Of a stretch of DNA of 59,183 nt, positions 35,124 through 44,115 are shown one piece after another. The translations under genes and the position numbers were made by a program. This stretch comes from a virus (Duplodnaviria > Caudoviricetes): the IMG/VR virus record IMGVR_UViG_3300046791_000370, positions 1 through 59,183 of that record. One strand, given 5' to 3'. Each line of letters begins with the position of its first letter. Positions within the stretch are counted from its first letter, which is position 1. The notes under the pieces were generated by a model. That model was not told where the DNA came from and ran no database searches. It saw nothing but the letters and a program-made list of their open reading frames with translations.

Positions 35124-37969
35124 TGACTTTCATTTCCTGGCTGCCTCTTCTCATGGCCGCGACGGCGTGGCTGAGCGAATGGCACAGACTCTACCCGTTA
35201 CCGGACGTCAAGGCGCCGCGTGGGCGCGAGGCCGAGGGTGGCTGGATGGTCGCGATCGGCGCGGTCATCTCCATCGGGGCCGCAGTCGTAAGCGGATATC
35301 TGCTCCGCAAGAAGCTCAACAAACTACAGAACGGGGATGGCCCGACAACCCTGACCTTGCGCGGCGCGCGGCTGACCTATATCGTGGGCATCGCGCAGTC
35401 CCAGTCCGTGTTCGGCTGGGCGGGCAATCGAGTGACGGCCAAGGAGCGGCCGAAGAACGGCAAGAAGGGCAGCACCTTCGCCGCGCTCACGCCGAAGCAG
35501 ACGGTCTACTTCGAGGATGGATGGCATCAGTTGTGCGTCGGCCCGGCCCGCCGGCTGCTCCAGATCAAGCAGAACGGCGCGATCATCTTCCAGGGCCCGA
35601 TCACGCCCGACTCGCATCCGTCGGGCTCGACGGTCGACCTCGGGCACGAGGGCTCGTTCCGGATCTTCTGGGGTGAGGAACTCCAGCCGGTCAACACCTA
35701 CCTGGGCGCGGTGGACAAGGTCGGGATCACGAGCGCGTGGCCCTACCGCACCTACATCGAGTGGCGCCGCAAGAGGCTGGGCCCCAAGACGAACTGGGAC
35801 AACCTGGAATACGTCCTGGACGTCGAGCCGAACGCCGCCGCGACGACGATCGCGGGCCTGACGGGCAATGGCTACATCGAGCCGACCCGGACCCTGAGCG
35901 GCCCGGAGAAGGACATCTATGCGGTCGTCAACGGAATCGCGGGCACCGGCAAGATCACCTTCATCGGGGACGTGTCCCTGATCTTCAAGCCGTCCCTGCT
36001 GGCGCGGTTGGCCGGGAACGCGGCGCCCGATGCCGACTACCACGTGCTGAAGTCGATCGTCTACAAGGTCGTGCTCGTGGCTGCGCGTCCGCCTTACACC
36101 AACGGCCCGAACGATCCGGGGGCGGCCGAGGTCAGCGAGATCCGCACGGACGTCTACTTCACGAGCACGCTCTCGGGCCTGGACGCGACCGGCACCTTGC
36201 AGGTCTACGTGGACGCCGAGGATGACGGCTACAACCCGGCGCACCTGATCGCGCACATGCTCTTCACCGAGGCGCCGCAGGGTCTGGCCCGGAACCCGGC
36301 CTACTACGACCTGCCCTCGCTCCAGGCGTTCGAGGCCCTGGCCATCGCGGAGGACTCGCGCTGCGTGGCCTATGGTAACAATGGAACGCCGTTCGAAAAA
36401 ATCTTGGGCGGCATCATGACGGACATGGGCCTGATGATGCCCGTCGACCAGAACACTGGGCTCCTCCGGTTCGTGTCCGTGCGGCCCGCCGAGGACATCG
36501 AGAGCCTGCCCCTGATCCGCCGCGAGGCCATCATCTCGAACACGATCGAGATCGAGCGGCAGCTCCAGGGGCGCTTCGCAGACGAGATGGCCTTCATCTT
36601 CTCGAACCGCGAGCGGCAGTTCGCCGACGATCCGATCCTCTACACGAACGACGGCCAGTTCGCCGCGCATGAGGAGCACGCGAACACGCGGACGACCCAG
36701 ATCGAGTCGACCTACCACTTCGGGACGGCCCTGCGGATCGCCGGCCGGCGCTCGAACGAAGACCTGAGCCCGAACTCGGGCATCGGGATCGACACGAAGG
36801 GCGAGGCCCGGACGCTCTATCCCGGCCTGCTGCTGCGGATCGAGGATCTGGACATGCTCAAGCGCCTGATGGCCGTCAAGCCCGACTCCAAGTCGGACCT
36901 GGTCCGGCTGGAGGGCATCGCCGACAACTATGGCGCTGCGCTCGGCGACACGACCATCGATCCGTTCGGCGGCTCGGGTGAGGTCGAGCCCAGCGAGGTC
37001 GACATCTTCGTGGGCCTGATCGAAGTCCCCGAGGCGGTGCCCGAGTATGAGGGCCAGCCCACGATCCTGGTCGAGCGCATCCGCGCGAACGCTAGCATCC
37101 GCGGTGCGGGCATCTTCTCCTCGTTTGATAACATTGCCTACGACAACCAGGGTTCCGACGACGATCTGGCCTCGGGCGGAGACCTGCTCCAGGCCATCCC
37201 GATCGACGCTCTGGACTACCTGGAAGAAGGCCCGTCTTTCCAAGCGTTGGGCGTGGATATCGGCTCAATGCCTGACTTTTCAGGCGATACGTCGAGCTGG
37301 TTGTCGGCCCGCTTCATGGCGTTGATCGGCGAGGAACTCTTCGCCGTCCGCAACCTGACCGCGCTGGGCGGCGGGGTTTACCGCATCGACGGGCTGATCC
37401 GTGCGCAATACGACACGCGCCGCGCCCGCCACGAAATCGGGGACAAGGTCATCTTGTTCCGCCGTGACTCGGGGTTCCCTATCCAGGATACGCGCCTGGT
37501 CCCGGGCACGCTCTTCTACGTCAAGGCCCTGCCGTTCGCGGCCACCGCGCTCTCGCTGGGCGCCGTCGCGCCGGTCGGACTCGGGCTCTACGGCAAGGGC
37601 ATCCGGCCTCCGCGCCCGGGCAAGCCCGAGGCCACGACCCTGCGCTCGTCCTACCACTCGGGCGAGGACACGACCTTCACCTGGGGCTACTTCACCCCGC
37701 GGACCCGCACGGTCGGCGCGGGCGTCTACCCGGCCGGCGCGGTCGTGGCTGAGATCCCGGCCGAGGGCGACTTCGTCCTGGAAATCCTGGACGATATGGA
37801 CGTCGTGGTCCGCACGGAGTATCCTCCTCTGGCAACGTTCCTCTACACGAACGCTGACCTCGTGACCGACTTCGGCGGTGAGCCCGCCTCCTACCAGATC
37901 CGCATCTACCAGCGCCGGGACGGCTATGTGTCCTTTGCCGGCGATACCCGAGTGATGGTGAAAACATGA
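35120..37969 (+). CDS. central tail tip / host-specificity protein (GTA-like)
   Basis: 949 aa; NPAHLI, ALIGEEL, GLIRAQYDT...H..G. Confidence 0.8.
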   Translation: MMTFISWLPLLMAATAWLSEWHRLYPLPDVKAPRGREAEGGWMVAIGAVISIGAAVVSGYLLRKKLNKLQNGDGPTTLTLRGARLTYIVGIAQSQSVFGWAGNRVTAKERPKNGKKGSTFAALTPKQTVYFEDGWHQLCVGPARRLLQIKQNGAIIFQGPITPDSHPSGSTVDLGHEGSFRIFWGEELQPVNTYLGAVDKVGITSAWPYRTYIEWRRKRLGPKTNWDNLEYVLDVEPNAAATTIAGLTGNGYIEPTRTLSGPEKDIYAVVNGIAGTGKITFIGDVSLIFKPSLLARLAGNAAPDADYHVLKSIVYKVVLVAARPPYTNGPNDPGAAEVSEIRTDVYFTSTLSGLDATGTLQVYVDAEDDGYNPAHLIAHMLFTEAPQGLARNPAYYDLPSLQAFEALAIAEDSRCVAYGNNGTPFEKILGGIMTDMGLMMPVDQNTGLLRFVSVRPAEDIESLPLIRREAIISNTIEIERQLQGRFADEMAFIFSNRERQFADDPILYTNDGQFAAHEEHANTRTTQIESTYHFGTALRIAGRRSNEDLSPNSGIGIDTKGEARTLYPGLLLRIEDLDMLKRLMAVKPDSKSDLVRLEGIADNYGAALGDTTIDPFGGSGEVEPSEVDIFVGLIEVPEAVPEYEGQPTILVERIRANASIRGAGIFSSFDNIAYDNQGSDDDLASGGDLLQAIPIDALDYLEEGPSFQALGVDIGSMPDFSGDTSSWLSARFMALIGEELFAVRNLTALGGGVYRIDGLIRAQYDTRRARHEIGDKVILFRRDSGFPIQDTRLVPGTLFYVKALPFAATALSLGAVAPVGLGLYGKGIRPPRPGKPEATTLRSSYHSGEDTTFTWGYFTPRTRTVGAGVYPAGAVVAEIPAEGDFVLEILDDMDVVVRTEYPPLATFLYTNADLVTDFGGEPASYQIRIYQRRDGYVSFAGDTRVMVKT

Positions 37970-38514
37970 CCCGCTCTGAACGCACTCCAGTGGACGTCGG
38001 CCAGGTGAACTGGCAGTCCTTCATGAACGGCAACTTCCAGAAGTTGTTCGACCTGCCGTTCCCCATGGCGATCCTCGGCGGCGAGGGTGGCGGCGGCCTA
38101 GACGAGGGCGATCTCCAGGCGCAGTATGCGGCGGCCGACTTCAACGCCTCCGACATCCTGGTCATGCACTCGGGCGCGAGCGGCTACGACAACTCGGATC
38201 CGATCCAATACAAGTCCGACGGGTCGAGCTGGCGCGGCGCTCAGGCGCAGGCCCAGGTCTTCCGCACGATCAGCGCGCTCGCGACCCAGGGAGACGAGAC
38301 GATCATGGTCGCGACCGGTGCGGGTGGGCACAACCTGAACCTGTCGGCGACAACCTTCGGCAAGCGCCGGGTCTGGTTCTTCCGCAACAACTCGGCCGGC
38401 ACCGTCACGCTGGTCCCTAGCTCGGGCAACATCAACGGAGCCGGCTCGCTCGGAGTGTTGACTTTGACTGCGGTCACGGTCATCTTCGACGGGACCGACT
38501 TCTGGACGGTCTGA
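37966..38514 (+). CDS. putative tail fibre/adaptor protein
   Basis: GQVNW...MNGNF..L N-terminus; INGAGS...FDGTDFW C-terminus. Confidence 0.6.
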   Translation: MTRSERTPVDVGQVNWQSFMNGNFQKLFDLPFPMAILGGEGGGGLDEGDLQAQYAAADFNASDILVMHSGASGYDNSDPIQYKSDGSSWRGAQAQAQVFRTISALATQGDETIMVATGAGGHNLNLSATTFGKRRVWFFRNNSAGTVTLVPSSGNINGAGSLGVLTLTAVTVIFDGTDFWTV

Positions 38515-38860
38515 TGCGCGGGCCGCTGACCACCAAGGCCCTGCGCGAGCTGAGACGCTGGCTCCCGGCTTGGTGGCCGATCGAGGTCCGCTTCCTGAAG
38601 CAGGTCATCTTGGACGGTGACCGGGTCAAGGGCCTCAGCTACCCGGTCGAGAAGAAGGGCAAGATCGTGAGCTTCCGGATCGACCTGGAGCGCGGCATCG
38701 CCGACACCCACCTGTGGGAGATCCTGGCGCACGAGTGGGCGCACGTCCTGGCCTGGCAGCCGGACGACTCGGCCATGGAGGAAACGCATCACAACGGGAC
38801 GTGGGCACGATCTACGCCCGGTGCTACCGGACGGCCTACGAGGGCTCGCGCGGGACCTGA
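38514..38860 (+). pseudogene. SprT-like HExxH metalloprotein, apparently frameshifted at ~38803
   Basis: LAHEWAH; one extra G would give H.GTWGTIYARCYRTAYEGSRGT-stop at 38860. Confidence 0.6.
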
Positions 38861-38901
38861 TTTAGGCCGCCCGCGGGCCTCCTGTGTGGTAGACTGCCAG
38901 G

Positions 38902-39324
38902 ATGAAGAACCTCCTGACTGCGTTCCTCCTGACCGTCGCCCTGACCTTGTTCGGGTGCATGGTCCCTCCGTCCAGCAAGGGCCCTGCGGGTGCCCAGGAC
39001 GCCCCTGTAGCGCTCCAGCCGGGCGCCCTGCTCGACAAGCTGATCGACGGCCTAGGCAAGGCCCACGAGATCACGCTGGGCCTGGCGACCTACAAGCAGG
39101 ATCTGGCCGGTCTGAAGGCCCAGGCTTTCGCGGCGGCCGACACGAACAAGGACGGCGTCCTGAGCGACCTGGAGAAGCCCGCGATGGTCTCCGGCCTCTC
39201 CCTGCTGGTCCTGAACTACCTACGCTCCAAGTCGCGCAAGGAGCTGTCGGCCAAGGTGGACGAGAAGGTCGACGAGGATGACGTCAAGAGGCTGGTGGCC
39301 GAAGCGCTGCGGGCCAAGCCGTGA
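38902..39324 (+). CDS. lipoprotein with EF-hand-like loop and second hydrophobic segment (lysis-module candidate)
   Basis: Signal peptide ending LFGC; DTNKDGVLSDLE. Confidence 0.7.
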   Translation: MKNLLTAFLLTVALTLFGCMVPPSSKGPAGAQDAPVALQPGALLDKLIDGLGKAHEITLGLATYKQDLAGLKAQAFAAADTNKDGVLSDLEKPAMVSGLSLLVLNYLRSKSRKELSAKVDEKVDEDDVKRLVAEALRAKP

Positions 39325-39491
39325 AACGGGGTCGGGCACTCCTGCTGCTAGCCCTGCTCGGGCTCGCGGGCTGCATCGGGATGCCGCGCACCACTGAAGT
39401 CCTGCTCCCGGTCGCTCCCGAGATTCCACAAGCGGTCATCGACGACATCCGCATGTGGCGCGACCTGGTGATCTCACTCGTCGCCTGGTGA
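39321..39491 (+). CDS. 56-aa lipoprotein (o-spanin-like candidate), below the ORF-track cutoff
   Basis: MKRGRALLLLALLGLAGC-IGMPRTTEVLLPVAPEIP...; GTGA overlap. Confidence 0.65.
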   Translation: MKRGRALLLLALLGLAGCIGMPRTTEVLLPVAPEIPQAVIDDIRMWRDLVISLVAW

Positions 39492-39494
39492 CGT

Positions 39495-39713
39495 ATGGCG
39501 GGAGAGCAAGAAAGTGTCCCGGTTCGCTTGGCTCGCATGGAGACCAAGCTAGATGGCCTGATCGAGACAGTGAAGGACTTGCAGCCTCACGAGAAGCGGC
39601 TGACGAAGATCGAGACCAAGTTCAAGGTCATGTGGTCCTCGGCCAAGTTCCTGACGGTCACGATCGTCGGGCTTGCGATCGAGCGAGGGTGGCACTACCT
39701 GTCGGGTCGGTGA
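39495..39713 (+). CDS. XhlA/holin-like protein (coiled coil plus C-terminal hydrophobic helix)
   Basis: RLARMETKLD...HEKRLTKIE, then a hydrophobic helix. Confidence 0.6.
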   Translation: MAGEQESVPVRLARMETKLDGLIETVKDLQPHEKRLTKIETKFKVMWSSAKFLTVTIVGLAIERGWHYLSGR

Positions 39714-39716
39714 CCT

Positions 39717-40259
39717 GTGACCTCTCCATCGCACTACGCGGCGAATCCCGAGAGCTTCTGGCGCTGGTGCTGGCCGCGTGAGCTGACGCAGGAGGAGCGT
39801 GACCTACTCCTCGCCCTGAAGTCCAACTACCGGCGCTGGAGTTATCGCGACATCGCGCCCGAGGGCCGCGAGCGCATCTTCGCCGAGGCCATGATCTGGA
39901 AGCTGCTCACGAACACGAAGAGCGCCGTGATCTGGCCCCTGATCGGCACGGCCAATGATGTCATTTTCTACGACACGATCAAGAAGGCGGCCAACGACAG
40001 CCAGCAGTCTTTTGTCCGAAGCACGTTCTCTTTTGTGGACAGGCGCTTGGCGATCGGCCGGCACTTCCCGGCCAGCGTCCTGAGCGGCTTCCCGCTGGCG
40101 GAGTCCGAGCTGGCCACCATGCAGAACACGTTCGAGGGGCCGATCATGGCCCTGATCCCGCATTTCGATTCAACCCCAACTTCGCTCATCAGGCTTTTCT
40201 GTAGTAAGCTCCAGGGGCCGAACGTCCAGATGGTCGTCGGCTCCAACCAAACATCATGA
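39717..40259 (+). CDS. hypothetical protein
   Basis: 180-aa coupled ORF. Confidence 0.65.
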   Translation: MTSPSHYAANPESFWRWCWPRELTQEERDLLLALKSNYRRWSYRDIAPEGRERIFAEAMIWKLLTNTKSAVIWPLIGTANDVIFYDTIKKAANDSQQSFVRSTFSFVDRRLAIGRHFPASVLSGFPLAESELATMQNTFEGPIMALIPHFDSTPTSLIRLFCSKLQGPNVQMVVGSNQTS

Positions 40260-41530
40260 AATGGACTCAATCGACCCCGGGTGGCGGCTGGCGCGCTCGG
40301 GTCTGGCAGAACGGTCGCTACGTAGTCGGCCCGTCCTTGTTCGGCAAGGATGCGCGGGCGCGAGCGCACAAAATGGCCGAGGACATGCGCGCGGCCGAGC
40401 CCGCACCGGCCGACCCGATCGAGGAGGCCGAGGCCAACGCCCGGCCCGAGCTGTCGGGCGCCGAGCGCATCCTCCTGAACGAGAACCGGCGGCTCAAGCG
40501 CAAGCTCGCACACCGTGAAGGCTTCGACGCGATCATCTCGGCCCGGATCAGCGAGCTTTTCGCCGACATGGAGCTGAAGATCGTCCTGCCGCCGCCCGTC
40601 ACGCGCCCGAGCAAGATCAAGGGCCTGTGCATTGGCCACGTCCACATCACCGACACCCAGATCGGCAAGGTGACCAAGACCTATGATTCCAACATCGCTT
40701 ACTGGCGTCTCATGGAAATGGCCGAGTCCACCACCCGATACCTGCTTGTTCACAATGCCGAGCGCGGTATCCGCGAGCTGCACGTCCATTTCGGTGGGGA
40801 CATGGTCGAGGGCGAACTCATCTTCCCTCATCAGGCGCATCTGGTCGACTCTTGCGTCCTGGATCAGGCCACGCGCCACACCCCGACCATCCTCTCCGCG
40901 ATGGTCATCCATTGGCTACAGCATTTCGACCGAGTCAAGGTCTTCGCTGTCTCCGGAAACCATGGCCGCCCTGCGGGCAAGCATGACGGCAGCCATCCAA
41001 AGACGTCTTGGGATCGCGCTGCTTATCGGTTCACCAAGCAGCTAGTCGAGAACGCGATGCTCAAACAGGGCATCCCGGCCGCGAACCTTTCCTTCGACAT
41101 CGCCGAGAGCTTCTACCTCATCGACGAGATCGTGCCCGGCTACCCGATCCTCCTCACGCACGGGGACCTGATCAAGGGCGGCTCGACGGGCGGCATCCCG
41201 CTGACCAGCACGCAGCGCATGGTCCGGGGCTGGGCGGACGTCCTGCCCGAGTTCCGCGAGCTGCGGTTCGGGCACTTCCATCAAATCTTCAGCCTGGACG
41301 TCGGCAAGCGGAAGGCCATGTGCGGGGGCACGACCGAGTCCGACAACGCCTACGCGCTCGCGGAGCTGGCGAGCCAGTCCGAGCCGCGCCAGGTCGTGTC
41401 GATCTACCATCCAAAGTATGGCCGTGTGGCCGAGCTTATTGTGAAGCTCGAATACGGCTACCGGGAACGAGGCACCAAGCCGGATATGTTCGTCCTGGAA
41501 AAGTCAGCATCTGGCGCACCTGAAGGTTAG
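40256..41530 (+). CDS. calcineurin-like metallophosphoesterase with N-terminal AP2-like segment
   Basis: TDTQIG, GGDMVEG, SGNHG, THGD, FGHFH; N-terminal WRARVWQNGR. Confidence 0.85.
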   Translation: MKWTQSTPGGGWRARVWQNGRYVVGPSLFGKDARARAHKMAEDMRAAEPAPADPIEEAEANARPELSGAERILLNENRRLKRKLAHREGFDAIISARISELFADMELKIVLPPPVTRPSKIKGLCIGHVHITDTQIGKVTKTYDSNIAYWRLMEMAESTTRYLLVHNAERGIRELHVHFGGDMVEGELIFPHQAHLVDSCVLDQATRHTPTILSAMVIHWLQHFDRVKVFAVSGNHGRPAGKHDGSHPKTSWDRAAYRFTKQLVENAMLKQGIPAANLSFDIAESFYLIDEIVPGYPILLTHGDLIKGGSTGGIPLTSTQRMVRGWADVLPEFRELRFGHFHQIFSLDVGKRKAMCGGTTESDNAYALAELASQSEPRQVVSIYHPKYGRVAELIVKLEYGYRERGTKPDMFVLEKSASGAPEG

Positions 41531-41535
41531 CAACC

Positions 41536-41796
41536 ATGATCAACTTCCTCCAAGCACCACGGGCCGGCCAATCCAACCCGTTCCGTCTCTCTGACCCCGC
41601 TGTGGCATCATCAGATGTCCGGGTCTTCTTCCGAGCCGATACCGGCAAGCTCGCTCAGGCCGACGTGCAGGTCGATGCCCAGGGCGAGGGCCAAGGCAGC
41701 GTCGACTTCCCGGCCGACTTCGGGAGCACGGCGACGGCGCACTACCAGCGCGGCCGGCTGTCGTCAGACGACATCGGCCCGTTCCAGCTCACCTAG
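41536..41796 (+). CDS. small hypothetical beta protein
   Basis: 86-aa ORF converging on the terminase. Confidence 0.6.
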   Translation: MINFLQAPRAGQSNPFRLSDPAVASSDVRVFFRADTGKLAQADVQVDAQGEGQGSVDFPADFGSTATAHYQRGRLSSDDIGPFQLT

Positions 41797-43343
41797 AAGG
41801 AGTTCCTGAACCCGAGAGGGCCGCCGCCTCGGGTCAGTGAGCCCAGTCCTCCGCGTTGCGACGTGTAGAAGGACGGCGCCTGCTGCGTGTTGAGCCTCCG
41901 ATCCTCCGCGCGGTCCTCGGCGGCTTCCTCATCCTCTTCCTCGATTCCGTTCACGAGCGGCCGATTCTTCTGGTCGGCGATGTGGCGCTCGGCGTCCTTC
42001 AGGTCCGCGATGGACATGCCCTCGGTCATGACCTTGCCCTTGAACCACTGGCAGGCCATCAGGAGCGCCGACACGATGTCGTCGTTCTGGCCCGGGGGCG
42101 CCTCGCCGATCTCGTAGCCGCCCGTCTGCTTCCAGCGGTATTGCGTCAGCTCGCGATACAGCTCGGGGAAGAGGTCGCGCTGCGGGAACGTGATCAGCCC
42201 GCGCTCGACGAGGAGCATCATGTTGCGGGTCATGTCGCTCTTCTTGGGCGCGGACCAGACCACCGGCCTAACCTCGACGCCCGCCTTCATGAACGCCTGG
42301 ACGAACGGCCGACCGATCGACGTGGCGTCCACGTAGGTCGGGGCGTTCCCGTAGGGCTTCAGGAGGGCCGCCACGCGCCGCACCTGCTCGTCCTGGCCCA
42401 CCTTCCTCATCCGCAGGGCGCGGACCAGCTTGGGGCCCTCGGGCGTGTCCCGGAGGATCGTGCAGACCGTGTAGTCGTCGACCATCGCCAAGTCCACGCC
42501 CGCGTAGTAGATCGCGCCCTGGATCGGGTCCTCGAACCGGCCGCGGGAGTTGCGCGCGATCTGGGCCTCATCGAACACGTTGCCCTCCTGGCTGATGAAC
42601 TCAGCCGCGTATTCCTGGCGCCACGCGCGCTCGGGCGTCTTGAGCCGCAGCTTGGCCCAGACCTTGGCCGGCACGTGGATGTTCGTCCACGAGGGCATGC
42701 GGAGCGAGATGCTGTCCGACTCGGCCATCCGTGCGTCGTGCCACAGCGTCGCGAAGAAGCCGCCCTGGCCCATCGGCGAGCTGATGAGCAGCGCCTTCCC
42801 GCCGCGGTCGACGAGACGAGTCGCCAGCTCGTTATACCAAATGGAATCATGGAGGATCTTAGCGGCCTCGTCCACGATCATGAAGTCCACGGCCTGGCCA
42901 GTCAGCTTGCCTTTGCCCTGCGCGTCGAACGTCGTCTTGCGGAAGATGCGCGAGCGCCCGCCGCCCAGGTTCGGGAACGACAGCTCGCCGTCGGTCCGGC
43001 GCTCGATCAAGAGGTTCGGCTGCGAGCGGAAGTGGTCGCGCAGATATTGGGTCACCGCGTCGAACACGATGTCGGCCAGCTCCTTGGTCGGGGCCACCGT
43101 CCAGCCCACGAACTCCTTGCGCGGGAGCATGGACTCCAGATACATCTCCATGCCGGCCGCCATGGTCTTGCCACAGCGCACGCCGGCCGCGCAGATGACG
43201 AGGTCGCTCGATTCCAGGGCAGCATGGATCTGCTCCTGGCCGGCGTGCGGCTTGTAGCCCGCGTGCTCGAAGAAGGCCCGCTTATCAGGCAGGCGGGTAT
43301 GAATCCACTGGACGATCTTGTAGTCGTCGTTCGGTCGAGACAT
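41793..43343 (-). CDS. terL: terminase large subunit
   Basis: PHAGQ, AGVRCGKT, IVDEAA, ISSP, RQEYAAEF, GVDLA..DDYT, NDDIVSAL. Confidence 0.95.
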   Translation of the reverse strand: MSRPNDDYKIVQWIHTRLPDKRAFFEHAGYKPHAGQEQIHAALESSDLVICAAGVRCGKTMAAGMEMYLESMLPRKEFVGWTVAPTKELADIVFDAVTQYLRDHFRSQPNLLIERRTDGELSFPNLGGGRSRIFRKTTFDAQGKGKLTGQAVDFMIVDEAAKILHDSIWYNELATRLVDRGGKALLISSPMGQGGFFATLWHDARMAESDSISLRMPSWTNIHVPAKVWAKLRLKTPERAWRQEYAAEFISQEGNVFDEAQIARNSRGRFEDPIQGAIYYAGVDLAMVDDYTVCTILRDTPEGPKLVRALRMRKVGQDEQVRRVAALLKPYGNAPTYVDATSIGRPFVQAFMKAGVEVRPVVWSAPKKSDMTRNMMLLVERGLITFPQRDLFPELYRELTQYRWKQTGGYEIGEAPPGQNDDIVSALLMACQWFKGKVMTEGMSIADLKDAERHIADQKNRPLVNGIEEEDEEAAEDRAEDRRLNTQQAPSFYTSQRGGLGSLTRGGGPLGFRNSF

Positions 43344-43854
43344 CGGAAGACTCCACTGCGGTGCCGGCCGCCTCGATCAACTTGGGCTCGGGCGGCGGCT
43401 GAAAGTTGGGGTCGAAGGTGAAGGGCTTCGAGGCTTCCTTCGCCTCGACCTTCTTGAGGGTCGCCACCACCAACTCGGCAACCTTCTGCTCGGGGGTCGT
43501 CTCGGTGTTGTTCAGCTTCAGCGTGTCCTGGTTCATCTTGACGCCGATCTCCAGCGCCTTGAGCGCGTCACGGGTCGTTGAGATGGGATTGCGCTCAAGG
43601 AACTCCAAGCCGCGTCCGATTAGAAGGGCAGCGACGGCCAAGTGCCGGCGCTCGATCTCGGCCACTGTGGCCACTGCCTCTTCCACGAACTGCTCGGCGA
43701 CTCGGGTGTCGATTTTGCGGCACTGCTCGATCCAGTTCTCAGCCTTGGCGATCTGCGCCAGCACGTGAACGGCGTAGCCCGTGTCCTTCGCTAGTTGCGC
43801 GAAGGAGCGCGTCGAGCCCATTGCAACAAATCGTGAGAGTAGCTCCGATGCCAT
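43285..43854 (-). CDS. terS: putative terminase small subunit (HTH plus helical)
   Basis: RSFAQLAKDTG....LAQIAKAENW HTH-like; directly upstream of terL. Confidence 0.65.
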   Translation of the reverse strand: MASELLSRFVAMGSTRSFAQLAKDTGYAVHVLAQIAKAENWIEQCRKIDTRVAEQFVEEAVATVAEIERRHLAVAALLIGRGLEFLERNPISTTRDALKALEIGVKMNQDTLKLNNTETTPEQKVAELVVATLKKVEAKEASKPFTFDPNFQPPPEPKLIEAAGTAVESSDVSTERRLQDRPVDSYPPA

Positions 43855-43875
43855 GCCGGAGTCTACCACACCGTC

Positions 43876-44115
43876 TCAGTCTGAGCCAATCTTTTCCCAG
43901 AGAAAGTGCTTGACTCTGCCGTCGATCGTGGTAAGCTCCGCGCGATATTCCTTGACCAGGACCTTCAGACCGCTCGCTATCACCGAGTGAAGCGAGACAA
44001 GGACCGATGCCCACAGCGCCTCCTCGGTCTCAAAGCGCATGATGTCGGTCCGGACGATTCTTTCATCCTCGTCGAACTCGACGCATCGGGTCTGGAAGTG
44101 ATACACTGAGTCCAT
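43876..44115 (-). CDS. hypothetical protein
   Basis: ORF 43876..44127; exact start uncertain. Confidence 0.5.
   Translation of the reverse strand: MDSVYHFQTRCVEFDEDERIVRTDIMRFETEEALWASVLVSLHSVIASGLKVLVKEYRAELTTIDGRVKHFLWEKIGSD

Noticed and set aside
30049-38514. Diversity-generating retroelement or invertible tail-fibre switch
   Set aside because: No reverse transcriptase, no template/variable repeat pair and no recombinase seen.
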